A stretch of DNA of 46,168 bases, from NCBI GenBank assembly GCA_964548425.1, contig CAZJRL010000001.1, positions 1 to 46,168 of the forward strand, read 5' to 3'. Position numbers and translations under genes: made by a program. The notes under the pieces were generated by a model that had not been told where the DNA came from, did not search any database, and worked only from the letters and a program-made list of their open reading frames with translations. Shown here piece by piece: positions 1-7,222 of the stretch (positions within the stretch are counted from its first letter, which is position 1; each line of letters opens with the position of its first letter). This stretch comes from an uncultured Zetaproteobacteria bacterium. Lineage in GTDB: Bacteria > Pseudomonadota > Zetaproteobacteria > Mariprofundales > Mariprofundaceae.

Positions 1-99
1 AAAGTGTGCACCGGCTTCAATGGCTGCTTCGATACCGATCATGGTATTTTCCGGAAAGCGGGTCGCATAACCCCGATGAGCGATCAGTTTAACCTGCAT
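1..99 (-). CDS. glycerophosphodiester phosphodiesterase (GDPD) family protein, N-terminal fragment that continues past the window edge
   Basis: My reverse translation of 99..1 gives MQVKLIAHRGYATRFPENTMIGIEAAIEAGAHF. HRG-x5-PENT and A-x3-GA form the N-terminal GDPD signature. The ATG is at 99..97. Only 33 codons lie inside the window, so the ORF track does not list it. Confidence 0.55.
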   Translation of the reverse strand, partial: MQVKLIAHRGYATRFPENTMIGIEAAIEAGAHF

Positions 100-129
100 G
101 GATTTCAGTATAGAACAAAACCTTCTGTC

Positions 130-164
130 TCACCGCGGGGGGCGCAAAGGACGCAGGGTAAAAA
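130..164 (+). repeat. solo arm of the TTCACCGC..GACGCAG repeat family (plus orientation)
   Basis: tcaccgcggggggcgcaaaggacgcagggtaaaa matches the arms of the paired elements at 4283, 5246, 6490 and 21136. Confidence 0.7.
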
Positions 165-283
165 CCATAAAATATTTACCGCAACCTACGCACCGAACTC
201 TCCCGGGGAAACCTTAAACCACGAATGAACGCGAATAGGTGCGATATTTGACAAATGTAACATCCTTGATCCATGCTTCAGCT

Positions 284-739
284 ATGGATATCAAGAAAGC
301 CATGCTCGCCGCCATGCAGGAATATCTCCTGCCGGAATTGGAAGGTATTAAATCCGGTCAAATGCGTCTGGAAGCGGGGTTGACCGCTGTCAACAAGCGG
401 CTGGACGATGTGAACCAGCATCTGGCGGATCAGAGTCGGCGCATTGATGAAGTCAACAAGCGCATCGATGCCGTGCGCGAGGAATTGAGTGGCAACATCA
501 ACGCCGTGCGCGAGGATCTCAGTGCCAGGATTGATGCAAGCAACAATCGCATCGATGCCGTTCGCTCGGAATTGAACATTAGAATTGATGAGGGCAACCA
601 CGCAGTTTATGAAACAAACAAACGCCTGGACAAACTCTATGACGTGGTCGTACGTCGGGATGAGCATTCTGCCATCGTCATTAAAATCAACGAAATGGAT
701 CACGACATTCGGGAAATAAAACAGCAACTGGCGGCATAA
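284..739 (+). CDS. hypothetical coiled-coil protein with RID/INAVRxEL 7/11-residue repeats
   Basis: The ORF is 239..739. I prefer the ATG at 284 (MDIKKAM...) to the GTG at 239. The peptide contains RIDEVNK-RIDAVREELSGN-INAVREDLSAR-IDASNNR-IDAVRSELNIR-IDEGNH. No enzymatic motif and no obvious SD were seen. Confidence 0.55.
   Translation: MDIKKAMLAAMQEYLLPELEGIKSGQMRLEAGLTAVNKRLDDVNQHLADQSRRIDEVNKRIDAVREELSGNINAVREDLSARIDASNNRIDAVRSELNIRIDEGNHAVYETNKRLDKLYDVVVRRDEHSAIVIKINEMDHDIREIKQQLAA
440..600 (+). repeat. in-frame tandem DNA repeats inside the coiled-coil ORF
   Basis: atcgatgccgtgcgcgaggaattgag (464), atcaacgccgtgcgcgaggatctcag (497) and atcgatgccgttcgctcggaattgaa (551) sit at offsets of 33 and 54 nt. 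Confidence 0.7.
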
Positions 740-775
740 TCCCATACGCCAGAATCGTTCCTACATCTTTGATTG

Positions 776-798
776 TCCTCTGTGTCCCCTGCGGTGAA
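776..798 (-). repeat. shortened solo arm of the same repeat family (minus orientation)
   Basis: tcctctgtgtcccctgcggtgaa is the reverse complement of ttcaccgcaggggacacagagga. It faces the arm at 130..164 across the coiled-coil ORF. Confidence 0.6.
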
Positions 799-1262
799 AT
801 CCCGTAGGTTGGGTTGAGTGCAGGCTTAGGCATGCGCCGCATGCTCCAACTGTTCCATGGCCCAGGCATTCAGACTTTTCCCATGCTCTGCGAATGCCTG
901 TGCTAACCGCCCATGTCAAGGTTCTTGTTTTTCTTCTGTCTCCTTTGCAGTCCCGTTTTTGGGGATCACTTCAGGGCTGACCTGTGGCGAAATGACACAC
1001 GCATGCGTGGTATGTATTGACCCTGTGACGGGGGTCACCCATATTTCGCCAGTCCTCCCAACAGGACCCGTGGATTCTCTGCCTGGCCCGGCCTGCATAT
1101 AAAGCATGTGAGGGTAACAGGCAGGTCGAAGGGAAAAACGGGAATAGAGGGGAGACACTTTTAACAAGGCTCTGCGGAGTCCGCCATTGATTAGCAATAA
1201 TCCCTGGCATCAGATCGACAACAAGGCTCGTAGAGTCAAATAAATTGAGAGGATATAACAAC

Positions 1263-2543
1263 ATGAAGAAAATGATTTTTTCTGCTGCTGCTTTTGCCCT
1301 CGTCGCGGTTTCCGGCATGGCGCTGGCCCCGACCACGGCATCGGCTATTCCGGCGTTTGCACGCCAGACGGGAGCGGCCTGCTTAAGCTGCCACTTCCAG
1401 GCTTTCCCGGCCATTAACGCCTTTGGCCGCGCATTCAAGATGGGTTCGTTCACCGATGTGGGTGATGAGGCTCTGGTTGAGGACGACAATCTGTCCCTGC
1501 CGGCTGTACTGAATGCTTCGGTTGTGATTCGTGGCGATATGACGAATACGAACCCGGCCGGTGCTGGTGCGTCGACAACAGTGTACAACGTCCCGTCCGA
1601 AACCCCGATCCTGATTGGCGGCCGCATTGGCACCAACAGCGGCGCCTTTATCGAGTTCGCCAATGGCGGTACTGATACCGGTGCAGGCGGTGGTGCAGTC
1701 ACCGTAGGTAACTGGCAGTTCCTGAACTCCTTTGATGTCGGCGGCTTCAAGGTTGGCCTGAGTGCGCACAACTCCGGTTTTGCCGCTTCCGGCATTATGG
1801 AAGTGTCCAACGTGTTCGGTCAGCACGGTGGCAAGTTGGGCGGCAAGTCTCTTTCCGCCATGCAGAACCTGGGCTTCCGTCAGGGCATTCTTGGCGTGGG
1901 CACATGGATCGGCAATGATCTGGGTATTGTGCAGTTTTCCCTGGTTGCGCCTGGCGCCGCGCAGGGTACGAATGTTGGTGGTAAGTTCGGCAAGCTGGTT
2001 CGCGTGATTGCTACGCTGGATGTGGCTGGTTGGGACACCCTGATCGGCTTTACCAACATCAGCGGTTCAGCCGGCAAGACGGTTGCCACTGGTGGCCCGG
2101 GTGAACAGCCCATGAACATGCAAGCGATTGACGTGCAGTTTCAGGGTGACGTGGGCGACATGAGCGTAGGCGTCTATGGTGACTGGATGCAGGCCAATGG
2201 TAGAACCGCTGCCGATGGTAGCGGAAACGGCAACATATTTGGTGTGACAAATGGTGCGAGCAATACAACCAATATCGCCGGTACTGATAGCAACGGTTTC
2301 TCCATCCGTGTGGAAGCCAAGCCACTCGATCGTATTCTGTTTGGTGTTGGCTACGGTTACGAGAAACAGACTACGGCTTTAACAAGCCTGACTGTCAAGC
2401 AGTTTCAGGTTGCCGGGACCTATGAGGTCTACCAGAACTTCGATCTTAATCTGATCTATAACTCCAAGAAAGACGAAGTTACGAACGGTGCGGGTATCGG
2501 CGCAACCGGAACAACAACGCTTGAGTTCGAGGCGCTGTTGTAA
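1263..2543 (+). CDS. cyc2: Cyc2-like fused monoheme cytochrome c / outer-membrane beta-barrel porin (candidate Fe(II) oxidase)
   Basis: The ATG at 1263 follows GAGAGGA (the ORF track starts at TTG 1245). A Sec signal MKKMIFSAAAFALVAVSGMALA is present. A single CXXCH (CLSCH, nt 1380..1394) lies within FARQTGAACLSCHFQAFPAINAFGRAFK. About 380 aa follow that are rich in Gly/Asn/Thr/Ala, show an alternating pattern, and carry no further Cys. A strong terminator follows the gene. Confidence 0.6.
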   Translation: MKKMIFSAAAFALVAVSGMALAPTTASAIPAFARQTGAACLSCHFQAFPAINAFGRAFKMGSFTDVGDEALVEDDNLSLPAVLNASVVIRGDMTNTNPAGAGASTTVYNVPSETPILIGGRIGTNSGAFIEFANGGTDTGAGGGAVTVGNWQFLNSFDVGGFKVGLSAHNSGFAASGIMEVSNVFGQHGGKLGGKSLSAMQNLGFRQGILGVGTWIGNDLGIVQFSLVAPGAAQGTNVGGKFGKLVRVIATLDVAGWDTLIGFTNISGSAGKTVATGGPGEQPMNMQAIDVQFQGDVGDMSVGVYGDWMQANGRTAADGSGNGNIFGVTNGASNTTNIAGTDSNGFSIRVEAKPLDRILFGVGYGYEKQTTALTSLTVKQFQVAGTYEVYQNFDLNLIYNSKKDEVTNGAGIGATGTTTLEFEALL

Positions 2544-2572
2544 GAAACACTCTTCGGAGTATTTCATTTGCT

Positions 2573-2606
2573 AAAAAAGGGAGGCCCTCGGGCCTCCCTT
2601 TCTTTA
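2573..2606 (+). terminator. rho-independent terminator after the cyc2-like gene
   Basis: aaaaaa-GGGAGGCC-ctcg-GGCCTCCC-tttcttta. An additional UUCG-loop hairpin, gaaacactc-ttcg-gagtatttc, lies at 2544..2565. Confidence 0.8.
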
Positions 2607-2617
2607 TCCCACCCTTA

Positions 2618-3530
2618 GGGGTCAGGTCTGCTATTGTACTACACCCCGCAGGGTTCTAACCTTACCGCATGGCCAGGCCGTTACGCATTGAATACGAAGG
2701 CGCACTATACCACTTGACTTCCCGTGGAGATCGTCGGGAAGCTATTTTTGAGGACGATCAAGACCGTCGCCGATTTCTGAGAATTTTGGGTGATGTTATT
2801 GGTCAAATGGGATGGAAATGCCATTGCTATTGTCTGATGGATAATCACTACCATTTGGTGATTCAAACTCCGGAAGCAAACCTCTCCAAAGGCATGCGCC
2901 AGCTTAACGGGGTGTTTACTCAGGACAGCAATCGCCGCCATGATCGTTGTGGCCATTTGTTTCAGGGGAGATTCAAATCTATTGTCGTAGACTCGGATGC
3001 CTACCTTCTGGAGCTATCCCGTTACGTGGTGTTAAACCCGGTGCGGGCAGGTATGGTAGCCGACCCGGCTGATTGGTACTGGAGTAGCTATCAGGCTACT
3101 GTGGGGAGAGAGTCCTCTCCTGCCTGGCTGGAAACCAGGGAATTGTTGTCGTATTTCTCTAGCCATATGGGGATAGCGCAACACAAGTACGCGGCATTTG
3201 TTGCAGAGGAAATGGACAAGAAGAGTATATGGTTGGAAATCAACAGGCAGATATATCTGGGCGATGACGAGTTTGTTGCCAAGGCGCAGAGCAGGGTGAA
3301 AGGCATGGAAAATGATGAAAATATTCCCCGTGTACAGCGCCTGCATCCGCCCGGATCGTTGGCGGAGATTGCCGCACAGTATGAGGGGCGTAATGAGGCA
3401 ATCGTGGCTTGTTATGCAACAGGGGAATATAGCTATTCTGAGATCGCCGAGTATTTTGACATCTATTTTACTACCGTGGGGCGTATCGTGCGCAATGCGC
3501 GAAAAATGGTACAATAGCAGACCTGACCCC
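2618..3530 (+). mobile_element. RAYT/IS200-like unit bounded by a perfect 22-bp inverted repeat
   Basis: ggggtcaggtctgctattgtac at 2618..2639 is the exact reverse complement of gtacaatagcagacctgacccc at 3509..3530. The right arm overlaps the last codons and the stop of the transposase ORF. Confidence 0.75.
2669..3517 (+). CDS. HUH Y1 transposase of the IS200/REP-associated (RAYT-like) type with a C-terminal HTH region
   Basis: YHLTSRG is present. The HUH motif is in DNHYHLVIQT. HLFQGRFKS is present. The catalytic Tyr motif is in SRYVVLNPVRAGMV, followed by WYWSSY. The C-terminus, YSYSEIAEYFDIYFTTVGRIVRNARK, looks like an HTH. Confidence 0.8.
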   Translation: MARPLRIEYEGALYHLTSRGDRREAIFEDDQDRRRFLRILGDVIGQMGWKCHCYCLMDNHYHLVIQTPEANLSKGMRQLNGVFTQDSNRRHDRCGHLFQGRFKSIVVDSDAYLLELSRYVVLNPVRAGMVADPADWYWSSYQATVGRESSPAWLETRELLSYFSSHMGIAQHKYAAFVAEEMDKKSIWLEINRQIYLGDDEFVAKAQSRVKGMENDENIPRVQRLHPPGSLAEIAAQYEGRNEAIVACYATGEYSYSEIAEYFDIYFTTVGRIVRNARKMVQ

Positions 3531-3565
3531 ATCAGCTATTGACCTTTGCCGGTGTAAGCGCTGGA

Positions 3566-4276
3566 ATGCCGCGCATGAAACAAATTTCCCAGCTTCTTTT
3601 TTTTACATCCATCCTGCTGGTGGCAGGTTGCCAGGGTATGCCGCAGATGTTCTGGCCGGTAGACGACAACAAACCGGATTACGCCCGCAGTGGTAAGGAT
3701 ACTCCACGCTCCGAAGGCCGCGCACCATTGGATGTTCCGCCGGAATTGCGTAAGGAAATTGAGGTTCCGATGCCGGACAAGGTGGCGACTGAGGCGGCAC
3801 AGGGCGGTGCGCGGATATCTGCCAGGGAGAAGAAACTCATTGCGGGCAAGGCCGTGAGTCTGGATACGCGGGTGTATGATCAGAGCGCGGCGCATGTGTT
3901 TTCCGCTGTCGTTGATTCAATGACTGCACTCAATATGCCGGTAGAAAGTGTGGATTCGCCCAGCGGTACAATTACCTCGGCCTGGATTCGCCATGATTCA
4001 AACAACACGAATACCTATATGGGCTCGCTCCTGAATGTATTTGGATCAGGGCCGGTGCATACGCGCCATCGCTTTATCGTACGTGTATTTCGCATGAAGG
4101 ATGGCAAGACACAGTTACAAATTCGAACGTTGGCGCAACAGTTTATGGGGCGGCATTGGGCGAATAAGATACTCAAGCGTAAAGCGGCCGATGAATTGTT
4201 TGCTGCGGTGGAAGAGCGTATTGGCGCGCAGATATCCGATGATACGGGAGCATCCCTGCCAACGGGCAATCCATAA
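3566..4276 (+). CDS. lipoprotein of unknown function (weak resemblance to BamC/NlpB-type domains)
   Basis: Signal peptide plus lipobox: MPRMKQISQLLFFTSILLVAGC. The start could be 3539 (TTG), 3566 or 3575. No catalytic motif was seen. Confidence 0.6.
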   Translation: MPRMKQISQLLFFTSILLVAGCQGMPQMFWPVDDNKPDYARSGKDTPRSEGRAPLDVPPELRKEIEVPMPDKVATEAAQGGARISAREKKLIAGKAVSLDTRVYDQSAAHVFSAVVDSMTALNMPVESVDSPSGTITSAWIRHDSNNTNTYMGSLLNVFGSGPVHTRHRFIVRVFRMKDGKTQLQIRTLAQQFMGRHWANKILKRKAADELFAAVEERIGAQISDDTGASLPTGNP

Positions 4277-4282
4277 GCCTTT

Positions 4283-4444
4283 TTACCGCAGGGGTCGCGA
4301 AGGACGCAGAGGAAAAGCAGGAAATTCTTGTAACAAATACCATCTTTATAGCCAACATATCGGACGATACTCGAAGGGTAATAGGGTCGCTTTTTCAATA
4401 AATCAATTTTTCCCTCTGCGTACTCCGCGTCCCCTGCGGTGAAA
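4283..4444. mobile_element. MITE-like palindromic element, copy 1 (between the convergent lipoprotein and trpC ends)
   Basis: The arms are ttaccgcaggggtcgcgaaggacgcagaggaaaag (4283..4317) and tccctctgcgtactccgcgtcccctgcggtgaaa (4411..4444), in inverted orientation. The core is about 80 percent identical to the copy at 6490, in reverse orientation. Confidence 0.75.
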
Positions 4445-4451
4445 TGGATGT

Positions 4452-5240
4452 TTATTCGGTCAGAAGTGAGGTAAGAGCCTTGCCCGGGTCAGGCTGGCGC
4501 ATCAGTGATTCACCAATTAGAAAACCATATACACCCGCTTGGTTCATATAACGGATATCTTCCGGCGTATGGATACCGGATTCAGTGATGATGGTTTTCC
4601 CATACGGAATAGCCGGCAATAGTTCAATTGTTGTGTCCAGTGATGTGGAGAAATCGTGCAGATTACGGTTGTTTATACCGACGAGCTGCGTATCCAGCTT
4701 CAGCGCCCGCTCCAGTTCCTCCCTGTTATGTACTTCTGGCAGGATGGAAAGTCCCATCTCTCTGGCGGTTGCAGTCAGATCGGCGGCCAGTACATCATCC
4801 ACCATGGCCAGAATGACGAGAATCGCGTCGGCACCCAGTGCCCGCGTTTCGATAATCTGATAGGGATCGAGCATAAAATCCTTGCGTAGAATGGGAAGAT
4901 CAACCTTCTTCCGGATATCCGACAGATAGGCATCATTTCCCTGGAAATATTGTTCATCGGTAAGAATGGACAGGCAGCTTGCCCCTCCGGCCACATAGGA
5001 TTTAGCGATGGCCGCCGGATCGAAATCTTCGCGGATCACGCCCCTGGACGGGCTGGCTTTCTTGATTTCGGCAATGACGGTATTTTTATGATCTGAAACA
5101 CGAGCCGTCAAGGCCCCGGTAAAGTCGCACGGCGCATACTTATGTGCGCGTACCAGCATTTCAGCTTCTGTTACACGAGACTTTTTCTGTTTGACCCATT
5201 TGCGCTTGTATGCAGCGATTTCCTCAAGAATCGAACTCAT
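4452..5240 (-). CDS. trpC: indole-3-glycerol-phosphate synthase
   Basis: IAEIKKASPSRGVIREDFDP, EVHNREELERAL and GINNRNL motifs are present, in a trp gene context. Confidence 0.95.
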   Translation of the reverse strand: MSSILEEIAAYKRKWVKQKKSRVTEAEMLVRAHKYAPCDFTGALTARVSDHKNTVIAEIKKASPSRGVIREDFDPAAIAKSYVAGGASCLSILTDEQYFQGNDAYLSDIRKKVDLPILRKDFMLDPYQIIETRALGADAILVILAMVDDVLAADLTATAREMGLSILPEVHNREELERALKLDTQLVGINNRNLHDFSTSLDTTIELLPAIPYGKTIITESGIHTPEDIRYMNQAGVYGFLIGESLMRQPDPGKALTSLLTE

Positions 5241-5245
5241 GATTT

Positions 5246-5437
5246 TTCACCGCGGGGGACGCGGAGGACGCAGAGGAAATTCATAAATGATTGACCATCC
5301 TTTTAATACCGTCACGGAGGTGGACAGTGTTGAAGTTGATGAGAAGCCCCAATGCGGAATGAACCTCCATAGCGGCATGAATGATTTCACCGCTGGTCTT
5401 GTTTAATCTCTGCGTCCTTTGCGTCCCCTGCGGTGAA
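5246..5437. mobile_element. MITE-like palindromic element, copy 2 (fills the trpD-trpC gap)
   Basis: The arms are ttcaccgcgggggacgcggaggacgcagaggaa (5246..5278) and tctctgcgtcctttgcgtcccctgcggtgaa (5407..5437). The core differs from that of copies 1 and 3. Confidence 0.75.
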
Positions 5438-5441
5438 TCCC

Positions 5442-6467
5442 TCATGTTCTTTGGGTAAAGGCGACGAGACTGGCAAGCACCTCCGCCGCCTTCCCGCTAT
5501 CAATGGTTTTGGCGGCAAGGCGTAACCCTGTACTGATACCATCGGACGCACCTGCCACCCATAACGCCGCAGCGGTATTGAGCAGCACGATATCTCGCGC
5601 TGGCCCCTGCTTTCCACCCAGAATATCGCGGATGATAGCGGCGTTGGCATCGGCATCACCGCCAGCCAGTTTATCTGAATTGGCATACGGCATGCCGAAG
5701 GCTGCCGGGTCAATCTCAAATTCACGCAATGGAGCATGTTGCTCAACCCAAATAGCATCGGTGAGGGTGGTCGTGGTAATTTCATCCAGTCCGTCACGGC
5801 CATGGACTACCAGTGCGCGCTGGATACCCAGTTGCTGTAGGGCGCTCGCGACCAGTTTGAGTTTGTCTTTTGCATATACGCCGAGCACCTGATAGCCGGC
5901 ATTGGCCGGATTGGTCAATGGCCCCAGAAGATTAAAGATGCTGCGTACGCCTAATTCGCGGCGTGGTGCAGCTGCATGCTTCATGGCTGGATGATGTGCT
6001 GGCGCAAAGAGGAAGCCGATACCTGTTGTGTCAATGCATTCCGCCACCTGACCCGGTGCAATATCAAGTTTTACGCCCAGGGCTTCCAGCACATCTGCGC
6101 TGCCTGATCTGGAGGAAATGGCCCGATTGCCGTGTTTGGCGACCGGCACCCCTGCTGCTGCTACTACAAGCGCAACGGTCGTGGAAATATTAAAAGTGGA
6201 GGCGCCATCGCCACCCGTACCGCAGGTGTCGAGCAGGCCGGTGCTGCATGGATGAATGCCGGTAGCGGCAGATCGCATGGCACGCGCCGCTCCGGCGATG
6301 ATATCCGGCGTTTCACCCCGGATGGAGAGCCCCATCAACAGAGCTCCGATCTGGGCTGGGGTTCCGTTTCCCTGCATAATATTGCCGAAAACAGATTCCG
6401 CATCCTCCGCACCAAGTTCACCCCCGGCCTGAATCACGCGCAGGGCATCCTGAATATTCATGGTCAT
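5442..6467 (-). CDS. trpD: anthranilate phosphoribosyltransferase
   Basis: GTGGDG and KHGNRAISSRSGSADVLEALG motifs are present. The longest ORF (to 6533) reads through a repeat arm (..ASSASPAV..). I trimmed the start to ATG 6467, which is preceded by GGGAGA. Confidence 0.9.
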   Translation of the reverse strand: MTMNIQDALRVIQAGGELGAEDAESVFGNIMQGNGTPAQIGALLMGLSIRGETPDIIAGAARAMRSAATGIHPCSTGLLDTCGTGGDGASTFNISTTVALVVAAAGVPVAKHGNRAISSRSGSADVLEALGVKLDIAPGQVAECIDTTGIGFLFAPAHHPAMKHAAAPRRELGVRSIFNLLGPLTNPANAGYQVLGVYAKDKLKLVASALQQLGIQRALVVHGRDGLDEITTTTLTDAIWVEQHAPLREFEIDPAAFGMPYANSDKLAGGDADANAAIIRDILGGKQGPARDIVLLNTAAALWVAGASDGISTGLRLAAKTIDSGKAAEVLASLVAFTQRT

Positions 6468-6489
6468 GTCATCTCCCTGTGACAAAAGA

Positions 6490-6652
6490 TCCACCGCAGG
6501 GGACGCGGAGGACGCAGGGTAAAAGATTGGCATAATTAAAAGGCTGCCCTGTCACCCTTCGAATATCGTCTGATATGTTAGCTATAGGGGGACATTTGTC
6601 ACAAGAGCTTTCCTGTTTTTCCTCTGCGTACTCTGCGTCCACTGCGGTGAAA
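6490..6652. mobile_element. MITE-like palindromic element, copy 3 (fills the trpG-trpD gap)
   Basis: The arms are tccaccgcaggggacgcggaggacgcagggtaaaag (6490..6525) and ttcctctgcgtactctgcgtccactgcggtgaa (6619..6652). Confidence 0.75.
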
Positions 6653-6655
6653 TGT

Positions 6656-7222
6656 TTATAGACTGACATTAAGAAAATTTTGCAATAATTGATGGCCATG
6701 TTCGGTAAGAATTGATTCGGGATGGAATTGCACACCGAATGTCGGGTGTTCCACATGCATAAGCCCCATCAGTTCGTTCTCATCCGTCCATGCGGTTCTT
6801 GTCAGTATATCCGGTAACGGTTCCTCAACAATCAGCGAGTGGTAACGGGTTGCGGTGAACGGAGAAGGGATACCTTCCAGAATGCCACGACCATCATGTA
6901 TCATCGGGCTGGTCTTGCCATGCATCAGGCGCGGAGCACGCACGACGCTACCGCCAAAGGCTGCCGCAATGGATTGATGGCCGAGGCAAACGCCAAGGAT
7001 GGGGATGCGGCCTGAGAATCGTTTGATGACATCCACGGAAATGCCCGCTTCGCGGGGTGTGCACGGACCCGGCGAAATCACGATATGGGAGGGTGCCATG
7101 GTACCAATGTCTGCCAGTGAAATTTTGTCATTGCGTCGCACTTCCGGTGTTTCGCCCAGTTCTCCAAGATACTGCACCAGATTGAAGGTAAAGGAATCGT
7201 AATTGTCGATCACCAGAATCAT
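6656..7222 (-). CDS. trpG: anthranilate synthase component II (glutamine amidotransferase; TrpG/PabA type)
   Basis: [23 protein letters not shown] is present, with the catalytic Cys in GVCLGHQ. The gene overlaps trpE by 4 nt. Confidence 0.9.
   Translation of the reverse strand: MILVIDNYDSFTFNLVQYLGELGETPEVRRNDKISLADIGTMAPSHIVISPGPCTPREAGISVDVIKRFSGRIPILGVCLGHQSIAAAFGGSVVRAPRLMHGKTSPMIHDGRGILEGIPSPFTATRYHSLIVEEPLPDILTRTAWTDENELMGLMHVEHPTFGVQFHPESILTEHGHQLLQNFLNVSL

Noticed and set aside
4-228. A 74-aa plus-strand ORF at the window start.
   Set aside because: It is antisense to the clear GDPD N-terminus (99..1) and then runs through the repeat arm at 130..164. It has no RBS or motif.
1187-1219. 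A Fur- or FNR-like box (ttgattagcaataatc) and a sigma54-like TGGCAT-n5-CGAC upstream of the cyc2-like gene.
   Set aside because: The putative box is not palindromic and matches the Fur and FNR half-sites poorly. The -12 element lacks the TTGC/GC consensus. Neither can be distinguished from chance.
971-1810. A 279-aa minus-strand ORF overlapping the upstream region and 5' half of the cyc2-like gene.
   Set aside because: The peptide is Pro/Ala-rich and low-complexity with no motif. It is antisense to a well-supported gene with a signal peptide, RBS and terminator. This is a typical shadow ORF in GC-rich coding DNA.
6468-6533. An N-terminal extension of trpD in the longest ORF (MPIFYPASSASPAVDLLSQGDD).
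   Set aside because: The extension is a translation of the repeat arm at 6490..6525. A good SD (GGGAGA) precedes the internal ATG at 6467.
4283-6652. The repeated ~33-nt sequences might be a CRISPR array.
   Set aside because: The copies occur as inverted pairs, not direct repeats. They have irregular spacing, lie between housekeeping genes, and are dispersed across the window. No cas genes are present.
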